NCBI GenBank assembly: GCA_964016885.1
Contig: OZ024742.1
Location: forward strand, 54,188,001 to 54,252,000
Source of the DNA: Eledone cirrhosa
Taxonomy: Eukaryota
DNA: 64,000 nt
Direction: 5' to 3'
Shown here: positions 14,078 through 27,269 of the stretch, piece after piece
Numbering within the stretch: the first letter of the stretch is position 1
Layout: each line of letters starts with the position of its first letter
Notes under the pieces: generated by a model
What the model was told of the DNA's origin: nothing
The model's input: the letters and a program-made list of their open reading frames with translations, nothing else
The model's database searches: none
Made by a program: the position numbers and the translations under genes

Positions 14078-14078
<1 letters not shown>
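9964..14078 (+). mobile_element. Tx1/L1-clade LINE copy B (ORF1 type B; RT domain deleted at ~12850)
   Basis: ORF1 ~10181-12152 (knuckle CVVCGEGTHLKAFC); ORF2 12187-13834 jumps from the end of APE directly to the post-RT region. Confidence 0.92.
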
Positions 14079-14129
<51 letters not shown>

Positions 14130-17100
14130 GGCGACCTACGTAGTAAATCGTATCATCGTGAGCTCCGCAAAGGTTTGTTGTTTTCAGTTGTTTAAAATTG
14201 CCATTTATTGAAAATTTTATTGTTAACTGTATATAAGTGCACATACATTGTTTTCCGAAAAGGACACTCAAAAAGATAGGGGCCTTGAGCCCTAAATTTA
14301 AACTTTTATAATTATCAAAGAAAAATTTATTTGAAAGAAATCATGGATGACTCACAGTCACACCTTCCTCACAAACTAACACCTCAAACCGACACCACCA
14401 TTGTAAATATTACTACGTTTGCCAACAGTAAAAATATAAGCAGTAGCAATATTTTAAATTTGTCTCAGGCAGACATTCATTTCCCGCCATTACCAATGAC
14501 TGAACTTGTTAAAGCCGCCACCTCCACCACCACCACAGCGACAACAGAAACAAAAGAAAAAATAAATTAACTCGTGATATCGAAATGAATTCAACCAAAA
14601 TGAACTCTTCGACACCGAACACCACTGACCCCACCACCACACAACTGAAACTAAAATTAACAATAACAAAAATAACGATAACAACAACAGCAACAATGAA
14701 ATTAAGAAAACCACCCTGAGTATTGCTAGAGTAGCAAAACAGTGCGAAGCATTTCAGGTAACTCAGGAGGAATTAGAAGCCAAAAAAATGGTAAAGAAAG
14801 ATGGGTAGAGTGTCAGCCTCACCCCCACCCCCATCCCACCTAATAAAATGGAGCATCGGCGCCTATGTACCGTGTCTTATCGAACAATTAACATAAAATC
14901 GCGCCTAGTGGAACGGGCATCCGAGTCGCAAATCCAAAAAGCTTTGGGACATGTGTGGGCAAAAAAAACCCACATCAGACGTGGGCAGAAATATGGAACC
15001 GTGGACGTGTTCTTTGAAACACCACAGGAGGCTAGAGAACACTCCATGGCCCCTTTAAGAAGTGACGACTTCACACTCGTCACAAGCTATTGTGGCCAGA
15101 GGCTTGTAAAGATCAGGGTGACCCACGTTCCACCGGCCATCGAAATTCCCTTGCTAATAGCTGCCGTCCTCGCCGGCATCGAAGCCAACACCAAGATAAT
15201 CGAAATAGCGAAAGAAAAGCAGGAGAACTGGTCCGGATCTGGGATGGAGCTCCTGATCCAAGCGGACCAAAAAAGCATTGAGGAGATCCCAGAGGTAATA
15301 GACCTATCTGACGGCAGCCACCTCACCGTAATCGTCGAGGGCAGAAGGTCTAGATGTGTCGTTTGTGGTGAAGGAACCCACCTAAGGGCTTTCTGCCCTC
15401 AGGCTAAAAGGTTCGGGCCAACTCTCTTACCTACCCCAGTGACTCAACCATCAACACCACCAGCAGCAGAGATGGCAGCAACAACTGTACCAGCAACAAC
15501 AGAAGCAACTGTAACAGCAATAACCCCAGCAACAGTAGCAATCCAACACCACCACCACCCAACGCGCCAGAACTAGCACCAGCGCCTACACCATCCACCA
15601 CGCCACAACCAAAACCAACGCCTGTGGAGGATTTTCAACTCCCCGGCCTATCACAACTGGAGACAGATTGTGACGACGAGGAGTGGGAAACGGTATCAGG
15701 AAAAAAGAAAAAAAGAAACCAAAAAAGAAAAACATTCTCTTCCCTCCCCCTCCAAAAACAAAATACAGAGGGAAACAAATAAACTATCAAACAAAAAAGT
15801 TAGGACAGATATGCCACCATCCACACCAGCATCACCAACCCCATCATCACAAACACCAATACCATCACCATCATCACAAACACCACCATCACCAACACCA
15901 CAAAAGTCACCAAAAAGCGAAACAGAAACAAACCGACAACAAACGCAAACAAAACAAAACAACCAAAACGATACACACTACACAGCATTAAATTTGAACA
16001 ACAACCAATTATTACACTACATCCAACACAACACCAGCATCACAGAAAAAGACTATACAACAACCCAACAAGTTCACCCCACCTCCACACATACAAATCA
16101 CTCGCATCACACAGAAGACGTACACGACACTAAAACAAATATTCCCCAAAGACATCGGAGAATTCCGACAAACACTCTCCAGGAGGATTTATAAGGACAT
16201 CCTGCTGAGGAGGCCACAAGCAGTGAAAAGGATGGACAAACCATCCTTCCTCTACGAGAAGTAAGGTAAGTGGTCTTTCCCCTCTTTTCCACTCCATTTC
16301 AACATGACCTCACTCAGAATAGGCAGCATAAATGCGCGTGGCTTGGGGTTATCATGGAAGCAGGGCCACCTGTTCAACGACCTCAGGTCACTAAACATAG
16401 ATGTAGTGGCCATCAGCGAGACAAGAATCTCCGAAGCACGGGCCTTTGCATCGATCTTCAGCGGCTACGATGTGTAGGCATCTCCCAGCCGTCCTGGATC
16501 GGGGGGAGGAGTTGCTGTGCTTTTTCGGAGAGGTTTGGATCTCGACATACGGGCCATCTTCCTGGACCCAGAAGGTAAGTTGGTGGTGCTAGACGTGACC
16601 AGCGGAGACGGGCAAGCTTTCAGGCTAGTGGCCGTCTATGCCCCGACAGGTGCAGGGCGGCCTGATTTCTTCCGGCGTCTGGAGACCTTTCTGTTAGTGG
16701 ACGACTGGAACGGGATCTTAAATGCACGCTGGGACTGTGTGGGATCAGCGGATAGGGGAGGAGGGCGCAAGAGCTTCGCCAACCTGCTCGGGCGTTTTGA
16801 ACTGTCTGACAGGTACCGATTGCATTTCCCGAATGTGCCAATGTGGACTTGGACAAATCGCATAGGGTCATCCAGATCATATCTAGATAGAGTATTTTGT
16901 AGGGAAATAGATAGGTCTAGCATAGGCTGTCCACAATTCAAAACAGTCAGCTACACGGATCACAAATTCGTGATCTGTGTGCTTGACTTAGATAGGCTTC
17001 ATAGACGAGGACCCGGCTACTGGAAGCTAAACGCGTCCTTACAGCGCGCAAGGCCTACAGAGACCGGATTAGCGAACTAGTTAAGCGGGCGTTGACGGGG

Positions 17101-19898
17101 GCCATCGTCAACAACAAGTGGTGGTTTGCTCTGAAAAGAGCAATTAGAATAGAGTCCAATAGGTTTAGTAAGGCTTTAGCAATAGAGAAAAATAGAGCAG
17201 AGGGAGAATTAGTTAGAAAATTAGACGAGGCGCTTAGCAAAGGCATCGCGACCGACGTGCTTGCGGCGAAATTGGCCCTTGACCATTTCTTCAATGTAAA
17301 GCACGAAGGCTGCGTTGTCAATGGGCCCGAGTGGCGGAGGCGCGTCATGGCAACAAAGCCACGATCCGATCATTGGTGGACCACAACGGGCGCATGCTAC
17401 TCGATCCCGGGCAAATGTGTGAAGCTTTTCAGCGATACTTCGCACAGCTGTTCGGGGGCAGCGGCGGGCCGGATCGAGGGATGGACTTTAGTGTCTACCT
17501 CGACGGACTGCCGAGGCTCTCGGCCACTGAGGCGGAGTGTTGCGAAAAGCCGATAACAGCAGCTGTAATACGGTAGGCAATGACTGGCTGCACAAGGGGT
17601 AAATCGCCTGGTTTGGATGGTCTGCCCTATGAACTTGACGTACAGATGCCAGACTTGTTCGGAGGTCTCTTGGCGGACGTCTACTGCAAATGGCAACAGA
17701 ACGGAAGAATTCCCAGCTCTGTGAGCCGAGGTGCTGTGGCGCTGCTGAGAAAGGATCCGAACAAGGGGGATAACATAGATAATTTCAGGCCCATAACCCT
17801 GCTAAACACAGAGTTCAAGATTTTGGCCAAGGTGCTAGCAAAGAGTTTGGCGCTTGTTGTTGGTGGTCTGGTGGGAGAGGCGCAGACGTGCGCCATTCCC
17901 CAGATCCATCCACAACAACCTCCACCTCATGCGATACATCGTAGTGAGGGTAGCTTGGGAACCTGGCATGGGTGGGTCCTTGATCAATTTAGATTAGTCG
18001 AAAGCTTTCGATAGGGTCGACCATCGTTACCTAGCGGCAGTCCTGAGGGCGGCTGGCTTTTGACCCATCTTCAGAGGCTGGATCGCTGCCATGCACAGCG
18101 ACATCTGCTCTGTGGTGAGAGTGAACGGTCACCTTTCGGAACCGTTCAACATCATGCGTTCGGTCCGTCAAGGATGTCCCCTCTCGTCCCTCTTGTACGT
18201 ATTGACTCTCGAGGCATTACTGCACAGACTGGAGACGTTGAGGGGCGTGCCACGCGAACTAGGATGCGGAAGATCTGTGTCAGCATATGCGGACGATGTC
18301 ACCGTAGTGGAGTCGAACGCCAAACACATCGAGGCGATCGGCACTACTCTACTGGAATACGAGGCGGTGACAGGAGCAATGATCAACCAGGAAAGGTCAG
18401 AGGGCCTGCAGTTCGGCACCTGGAGAGGCAGGTCCATGTCGTCCAACAGCGTCGTCGGGCGCTGGACGGACGGACCGGTTAAATTGCTCGGGGTCTGGTT
18501 CGGTCCGGACCATCAGACGAACAAAAACTGGGACGAGGTGACGATTAGTGTGGCTTCTCTCACCCAGAAATGGGCGGAGAGGAAGCTATCCCTGAAAGGC
18601 TGAGCTGAGGTGGTAATGCGTACATCGCGTCCGTCATCTACTACCGCCTAACCGTCGTACCTTGTCCTAAGCCCAGCCTGACTGCGCTGGGGCGTTTGCC
18701 CTTTCGCTTTTTGTGGAAGGCACGCGCTCCGATGGTCAGGCGGTCCATCAGCTGTCAACACCCACTGCGTGGAGCGCTGGGTATGCCGTGGCTGATGATG
18801 CGCAGACACACGATCAGGCTACGACATCTCCACCTCTTCATCGACGGTGATCAGGTGTGGTCGCCGTTTGCTCGACACGTCTTTCCCCAGCTCGTCTCCT
18901 TGACGGAGCTGAAGTCCTGGGTCAAGCGAAGACCGAGAGGGAGCGCTTGGAGATTGGAATGTCTTCAGGCGCTCACAGCGCTCGACCAATCGGGCAATGT
19001 GATCGGTGGAAACTCTACCTTGGCGTTCTATAGAGGATTAGTGGAGAGAAAGAGCGACGACGTACTTGGGGAAACTCTAGGCGTCGACGAAAATCAACTA
19101 CCCAATCTCTTCGGAAGTAATTTCGAGCCGGGGCCTATGGACAACTTCCAGAAATCCCTGGCCTGGCAGTGCTACCGAGGAGCTTTGCCAGTTGGGGATA
19201 AACTCTACAGGCATGTAGGTGCCGTCAGCCGGGCATGTCCGAGATGCGCGCAGGGTGACGAAACCGTCCTGCACGCACTCGTCCAGTGTCCGAGCATTGC
19301 TGACTTGTGGGTTTATGTCGAACACCTGCTGTCACGTGTAGGACGGATCCAGCTATCAGCTGAGTTCATCGTGAGGATTGCCCCGCCCTCTTCCTTTAGC
19401 CGGGAAGGGCAGGCAGTTTTTATCTGTCTGGTGGCCATGGCGAAAGAGATAGTATGGTGGACACGTTTGAAAGGGCTGAAGACAAGCACTTACCTCTTCA
19501 GTGATGCCCTGATTAACTTTTTCAAATTTCATTTGAAAAGGAAAATCAGGGTAGGGAGGGAAGTGCTCTCTTCCCAGCATTTTGTTGAAAGATGGGTGAG
19601 AGAAGCAAGTATGGTCCTAGTGAATGGGCCTACTCTGAGTATGTGTCTGTAAATTAAAGGTTGAAAAGTGGGAGAGGGCACTTGCCCTGGTAGTCAGGGT
19701 CACTGTGTCCTTTTAATGGGCTTTCTCCACAAATGTCCCTCGGAAATATCCCCCCTATTGGGGAATTTTTCATTGTTATTTTTATTACATCCTCTGTTTT
19801 TTTTTACACGCAGAAATGCCCATTTGTAACGTCCTGTATTGTCCTGTACTGTCCTTAATGTCTACTTTATGTAAACCCTTGTGGTTAATAAATAAAGC
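14130..19898 (+). mobile_element. Tx1/L1-clade LINE copy C (near full length, ORF1 type B)
   Basis: ORF1 14343-16269 and ORF2 16304-19652, both disrupted; same 5' start (GGCGACCT) as copy B; AATAAA + (ATT)n end. Confidence 0.92.
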
Positions 19899-19916
19899 AT
19901 TATTGTTATTATTATT

Positions 19917-20106
19917 AAAGGGCGGTAGATTGACAGTATCGGTAGAGGGTCGGACGCCATGCTTTGACGCATAGAGTTACGCCTCTTGCCATTCTGAGTT
20001 CAAATTCCGCCGACGTTATCTTTGCCTTTCATCCTTACGGGGTCGATAAAATAAAGTACCAGTTATACACTGGATAATTACTCGCCTTTTGCGAAAAGTA
20101 GAAACA
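19917..20106 (+). mobile_element. tRNA-derived SINE with conserved core GCCTTTCATCCTTACGGGGTCGATAAAATAAAGTACCAG
   Basis: B-box-like GAGTTCAAATTC; homologous copies on the minus strand at ~48113-48290 and ~52336-52445. Confidence 0.85.
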
Positions 20107-20450
20107 ATTATTATTATTATTATTATTATTATTGCTGCTGTTGTTGCTATTGTTGCTTAAATTCGTAACTAATTTGAATATGGACTGCTTGCTTTGTTTC
20201 TCTCTAAGATATTTTATTTCTTCTTGTCTCAGCTGTAAAGTGATACTACACATTTGGTTCAGATTTCCAAAAAAAAAAAAAAATAAATAAATAAAAAGAA
20301 AGTTATATTATAGTTTTCTACCATATAAATTCAGTTTTGTGAGGTGACCAGGTGAGTCAGACATATGATATCAATATGTTTATATAAATGTATCTACATA
20401 TCTGTATATATATATATATGCATATATGTAGTTTTATATATATATATATG

Positions 20451-20481
<31 letters not shown>

Positions 20482-20532
20482 GTATGTGTATATATATATA
20501 TGTATATATATATATGTATGTGTATATATATA

Positions 20533-20588
<56 letters not shown>

Positions 20589-21074
20589 GATACATACATA
20601 TATAAACATACAGATATATATGTGTGTGTATGTAATGTATATATAGTAATGTAAAAGCATATGATTTCGTCTATAGATTATATTGAAAGTGTGTGAAAGA
20701 GGGATGAGAGAGTGAGTGACAGAGAGAGAAAGTATGAATTACAAATTTACCTTGAAGTCAAGTTCATAATGTAACGATTGCTACTTTCGTTCAGATTTCT
20801 GGGAGATTAGCAAAACTATACATTTTCAAAAACTTTAGGACATACTTAATCCAAAAACCAATGTTGCCATGTTTTTCAAGGTGTCTGTGGTGGCCATCTT
20901 GGAATTTGAAAATGGTGACAACCGATAACCTTTTTCAACCGAATCTCAAATTCTAACCAACTGGGCTTCTAATTAGTGGCTAATTTAACATAATAACAAT
21001 AATAATAATGATAAAAATAATAATAATCAAATGCCATATAATTACTTCATTAGTGTTTATAATTTTTCAGACCA

Positions 21075-24000
21075 ATGAACAATATGGCCACAGCAACGTT
21101 ACCACGATTTGGTAGACAGCAACAAGAGACAATTGATTGGAAACCATGTATTTTGTGCCTACAAGATGCAGGCCAGTTTGTGTTACAACCAAAATTATAT
21201 TCATACCATAGTTTGTTAGCTGTAGTGATGGAGCGAGCATTACTGCATGATGGCGAATTTGTCAAAATTCAAAAGAGGCTAGAAGACTGCACAACAGAAA
21301 CTTTGCAAAGAAATAAGGCTTTTTGGCATCGCACGTGCTACTCCAACGCCACAAGTAAAGTCAAAATGCAATGTGCAAGAGGCCATCACCAACGGTCTTT
21401 GTCTAGTAGATCACATATCCGCAGAAAGCGAGGACGCCCTTCAAGCATTGACAGGAGTGAGCGATCAACCTCTGCCGCAATCTTAGGGCCGTTTACACGG
21501 TCAGCAACAAACCCACTGGAAAATGATTTGTGCTTTTTTTTGTCAAACGTTTGGTGACCAACAGCTGTTTGCAGTAAGAACTGCCAATGCGGGCCAAGCT
21601 CTAAAAAAGCTGTGGAAATCTCTCCTAATCCAGAACTAAAAACAAGAATGGCATCTTGCATCTTCGAAGGGGATGCTGACGCTGTTGATATCATTAAATA
21701 TCATAAACAGTGCTGGACAAGAAATGTGTTCCATGTTCTGAGAGATAAAGCTATTGCAAACAAAGCAAACAAAGAGAGTGGGTGTCAACAGCAAACAGCT
21801 AGTTTCCTTGAATTAGTGAACATTATCGACGTGCAAACTACAGATGGCGCATATCTTTGCATGGCAGACATCGAGAATACCTATTTGAACATGCTAGGTG
21901 GAGCAGAGGCTTTGCCAAATCACAGACCTGTCTATACCAGACAATGGCTGAAAGACAAAATATTAACAGAATTACCAGGTGTAAGGTCTGTTCTGCAAAG
22001 CAATAGGCGAAAGTCAGCTGTGTTGTATTACCCTGTGAGGTTAAAATGGTTCACTCTGCCATCACTTCTGATGAGACGGACAACATGAAGAATCTCTATA
22101 GGTCAGCACAGCTTGTTCGCCACAGCATTGAACATTTTACCAAAAGACAACCGCAACAACGTTCAATCCCAGTTTCCAGCAAAATAGAAGATGTGCCAGT
22201 GGAACTCTATACACTTATTCGCTGGATCATGGCAGGGCCTGCAAATGAACTGGAGACTGAAGTTCGAACACATGCTGTGGACAGAGCTGCCCTTACAATG
22301 AGTCAAAATCTGATGTTTGGATTCAAGTCTAAGAGAAAAGTCACATACGAGCCCAAAACTGAGCATGCTGGCTTTCGCTCGCAGCTTGTTAGAGAAAATC
22401 CCCAAGTTGTGGGATTGGCGCTGAGCATCCATCAAAAGACAATAAATAAGATGCTCGTTAATCTCCTCAACGCCCAATATTACTGTGTTACATACAGCCG
22501 TATGCTAATGATGGAAACAGCCGTTGTCAATGCTGTAGTGGAGAACACCAAACAGTTCCAAGGGCTGTATGTGCCACCATTCCTCAAGAAAGGCACTTTT
22601 GTCTTTTTCGCAGTAGACAATGCGGATTTCACTGAGGACACTCCAGATGGTAAAGGTACCACCCATGGAACTATCACTTCATCTTGAAGCCACTGAAAAG
22701 AACAATCTCAATCACAACAGGAGGGTTGCGGTGGTAGATGGAATGGTGCTTATTGAGAAGCTCACTAAAAAACCTGCTACCATGGTTACAGTGAGAGATC
22801 TAAGCCAAAGTTTTTATGAAAGACTGATGAATCTCACGCAGAACTTTGACGAAATAATTCTCGTGTTTGACACATATAAGACCGATTCCTTGAAGAATGC
22901 AACCAGGCAGAAGAGACGCCAAGGGAAGGATCTAGTCCAGTATCAAGTCAGAGATGAGACGAGCATCAAGCACATAACCATGAGCAGATTCCTATCACAT
23001 GAAAAGACGAAGGCTGATTTGACCAAGTACTTAGTAGAAAAGACTCTGTACTACAACAAATATTCCTCGAAGCTTGTCATCACTTCAGCATCTGACCAAA
23101 CCATGAGCAACAAATATTTGGAACCTTTCAGTGAAAACAACCACGAGGAAGCTGACACACTGATGATATGCCTTGCAGTATCTTCAACAAGGCGAAACCC
23201 AAGAGATATGCAATTAACTTTTTTCTCACCTGACAGAGATGTCCTGGTTCTGGTAATTGCCAACTATGATTTGTTACCTAGGCACACCTCCATCTCCATG
23301 GCATCAAGTGTTCTAAAAATCCAGCCATTCTGGGACGTTCTAGGTCCAACAAAGGCGAAGAATTTACATGCATTCCATGCCTCTCTGGCGCCGATAATAC
23401 GGGAAGGTTTGCTAGAGTAGGAAAGGCCACATGGTTCAAGATCTTCCTTGCAGCTGACGATAACACCATTGACAAAGCTGAAAAAGCTGTCTGATGACAC
23501 GGAAGTGACTGAAGAACTTATGTTATATATATATATATTTCTTTTTTTTTCTCTTTTTTTTTAACCACAAACATGTTTATTTAACTCTACTGGGATGAAA
23601 GAATGGTATTTAACTAATGTAATGGTACGCGATGGGGCCCATCCACAGCCCCGGCGGACATAATGGAGAAGGCGTTTCCCCGGAGGACGGCAAGGGAGAG
23701 GCGCTGAAAAAGCCACTCCAACTCGCGGGGATCACACCTACGGCTGGCCAGCTCAGCGCCTATGGTGGTGAGTAAGGAGGTAGCCCTGGGGCCGAGGACA
23801 CCAGAAGTTTCCACTGCCAGGGGAACGACCGCAAACATGTCGGAGAGCGACCGGTATTTGAGGAGTTTGTCCCCCTCAGCCCGACGTGCCGCAGAACCTG
23901 GGTCAGTCGCAGACTGCACCAGGTTGCGGCTTCAGAAAGTGTCGGTGCAGGTGGCATCCCAGACGAGGGGTTTGCCACCGCGGAATGGGAAGATGGCCAT

Positions 24001-25106
24001 GCTATCTGGCCTTTTGCCGTCCCCTCGATCCATCCCCACCGGCTCGAGCTGGGAAGGGAAGCCTGCAGCGTCCAAGCCATGCTTAATGACCTCGTTGAGG
24101 GCAGTATGGCGTGGAATGCGGCTGGCACTGTGGCGACAGGAAAGCGGGTGGAGGCCGAAAGAGTCCACGGTGGAACCGCAGCGACATTGGTGTGGCTGGC
24201 AGATCCAGAGGCCGAGCCTCAGGGAAACGCCGATTCGCAGGCTATGGTTGTCTAGCTGCGTGCCAGTGGAGAAGGAGGGCAGAGCATGGATCCAGGCACC
24301 ACTGTGGGATTTGGAGGCCGCACGAAAACAAGCAAGGTGGTGCTGGTCGAGCTGGCGCGTGAGCCTGTCTGAGGCCAGGCTGCACTGGATGGCATCCCAA
24401 GTGCGTTGGGGGGATTTGACGTCAACAGGGGGAGAAGGAGGAGGGACGTCTACTGGGCCAAGTCCCAGCCGGTCCCACGTCTCACAGGCGGCCTCACGTT
24501 CTCTGAACACAGAGGGTTCTGTTGTGTTTTGAAGAACCCTGCTGACGAGGACGCGACACGAGGTTACCGACGAAAGATACGCCAGCAAAGCTAGTGAGAT
24601 CGGGGATCGGAGGCCTAGGCCTAGGCCGCCATACCTGAAGAAATTCTGACCAGCTTGGAAAGTTTTGTGTGTCCTGCCTACAATCCAAAGGGAATCCAAA
24701 TCAAAAGCATTCCAGAGTTGCGATGGTACCTGTTCTGTAAATACATGTCAGAGAGTGACAAGTTACCACCTACAGTTGGTGCCCTCAAGCAGCACATCTT
24801 AAGGGTACATGTGCAAGCACGAGTTTGGGGCCAGGCAAGCACCCTCAAGCAAGTTCCGTTGGATCCAATGGAGATGATGGCCAACTAAAGCCAACCACTA
24901 CTGATGATCCTCCAGCACCTAAAACCATCATTGAGATTGTGAGATGCCAATGCAAGGGAGATTGTTCCTCATAAAGATGTTTCTGCAGGTCAAAGAATCT
25001 GCAGTGCACCGACCTTTGCCTGTGCACCACACAGTGTGAAAGTGACGCGGAAAGAGTTTATGAAAACCTTGACTCAGGTAATACTGATAGTGAGAGTGAT
25101 GACTGA
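21075..25106 (+). pseudogene. Academ-like transposase / XPG-like nuclease / Cys-rich finger ORF, frameshifted and split by the CRE insert
   Basis: ORF pieces 21075-21557, 21612-22088, 22046-22687, 22620-23420, 24655-24888; CQCKGDC..RCFCRSKNLQCTDLCLC at ~24945-25025. Confidence 0.75.
23517..24634 (-). mobile_element. 5'-truncated CRE-clade non-LTR retrotransposon
   Basis: GGLGL, SGAWIHALP, CRCG..HPLSC, RH, KRPD..WDAT..K..KY, PLAVETSG, RGNA; A-rich tail at ~23520-23565; TSD CTGAAGAA at 23509-23516 and 24635-24642. Confidence 0.88.
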
Positions 25107-26631
25107 TATCATGGTTATGACTGATTCCGTTCTAAAAGTGGCAATAACAAAGTGTGCACAAATTCGTATTCCTGCCTATTAAAGGTCATGACGGATTTTA
25201 TCGTGAAATGGACAAAAGCAAAGTGTCCACGAATTAATTGTTTTATGTATTAAAATAAAGTGTACGTCAGACAAATTTATATTTATTTGTTTTATTTATT
25301 AAAATAAAGTGTACGTCAGACAAATTTATTTTTATTATGTTTGACTCGTGCTTCGATATCCTGATTATGAGTGGATCTAGAGAAGAAATATCATATTTGC
25401 ATGTGGTGTTTGCAGTTTTGTCATTAAAATTGGTATTTTTATTTAAAAAAATCTTTCTTCATGTTAAACGTAAGTGATTGTAATCAATTTCTCTAGACTT
25501 CTGGCCCCTTAAAATGTAAGTTTAGCCACTGAAAGTAAAAGGCTATATGGCTTGGAAGTGGATATATTGTTAAATTTAGATTTCAAACTGTCGCCATTTT
25601 GAAGCCCTAAGACGGCCATGTTCGGAGCCCTAAAAAAATAGCAACATTGATTTTTGTGTTCAATACATCCTAACGTTTCCAAAAGTGTATAGTTTAGTAA
25701 ATCTAAAAAAAAATTTGAACGAAAATACACAAGGAACTGGATTAATATGTAACGCATTTCTTTCAGAAATACCCAATATAGTAGCCACTTTATATATTTA
25801 ATCAACTTGAATAAGAGAGAACTCTCCAATCAAGCTATACAACATCGACCTTCGATCCCGTAAATCATTGTTGAATTTTTTTAGTTTTTGAATGACGATC
25901 AATAAAATATAGTGTGATAATGGGAGAAATAGATTAGACAAATATTTCATACATAAAATTGCTTAAACTTCAAATATTACGACGACCACCAATGAAGTTA
26001 GCGGCTTTTTGTTTCGAAGTTTCAGAAATTACATTGCATTGGATTTATTTTACAGTCGACTCTTAGTGAATGGAACTGTTCGATTTCTTAGATCAATCAT
26101 TTTTATGACAACAGAATAGTCCAAAAATACGGGCATTAAAATCATACTTATTTCATTATTCTAATGCACATGCCTTATAAACTGATATTTCTAGTAGAGG
26201 AGATACGATTCCTATTGCATTAGCATCAATCGATATCTCTCTAGTTATATAGGCTTTATTGATTTTATAGAAATTCTCTAAAACATATATTTTTTTGGAA
26301 TTTCATACAACTTTTTACCGAATATGATTATGCATATTTTCCGAAAAGTTTGATATATCTAATGAAAGTTTTGGTAAATTATAATTTGTGGAATAAAGAG
26401 AATTTGATAGATTAACTTGATAAAAATATAGAACATACAATTTTAAAACAGTCGGGAAAATATGTTACCAGATGCAAATATACCTGATATTGGATTCTAT
26501 TTTTAAAATAGTTCTACTAAAATTTTCCTATTTATGGTGACATATGATAGAACACATAACGTAATGTGAGCTATTCAATATTAACTACAGGCCCGTGTAA
26601 AGATGAAAACATTTAGAAAGGTGAAGTTAAC

Positions 26632-26632
<1 letters not shown>

Positions 26633-26662
<30 letters not shown>

Positions 26663-26995
26663 CGACCACTTATTCCTTAGAGGGTGGTGGGGAAGAGTCC
26701 TCATACACTCCTTCCAGCGGGTTCTGCCACAGAAGCAACCACCTCCAACTAATATAGCTGCATCGCCAAGCGTGACTAGCGAAGCTCATGGATGTTATCT
26801 AACCATCTTTTTTGTGGGTGTTCCCCTGGGTCTCCTGCCAGTTGATTTAGCCCTTAAAATCTATCCAGCGATTGTTTCCTGGGACATTCTAAACCAGATG
26901 CCGATAGTATCGGAGCTGTGATCTTTTAATTCAGAGAAGTATCAGTTCTACGTGGAGTGACTCCCTGGTCTCCGAGCTACACACTCTATGGAGTA
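26633..26995 (-). mobile_element. RTE-like LINE 3' fragment with (GAA)n tail
   Basis: Minus-strand IKRSQLRYYRHLVRM..RRPRG.P.KRWLDNI, ending in a short trinucleotide tail. Confidence 0.75.
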
Positions 26996-27189
26996 ACGAA
27001 TACTATATGATATTTATTTCCTATTTGAATTACGGGTGTTAAATAAACTATCTACAATCATTGGCAAAATCTCTTTGTCTGTATATTGGCTATTGTCTTT
27101 TAGTTTTTTGTGGCATTTTTGCATAACGCATGGAATCACTTGACTTGCTAAATAACACGGTTTCTTTCCTTCTTGATATTATATATATA

Positions 27190-27269
<80 letters not shown>

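Larger units (their letters stand above)
20767..25744 (+). mobile_element. Academ-like DNA transposon, internally deleted; exact termini approximate
   Basis: Imperfect ~140-bp TIRs (20785-20921 vs 25588-25724); coding remnants with FAVDNADF..GTTHGT, PIN/XPG-like nuclease motifs (VVDGM, VFDTY, HEEADT, D.DV), LPPT..LKQH and a C-terminal Cys cluster. Confidence 0.72.

Noticed and set aside
4435-19580. Minus-strand and alternative-frame ORFs over the LINE array
   Set aside because: Shadow ORFs of GC-rich or trinucleotide-rich coding sequence, with no protein motifs.
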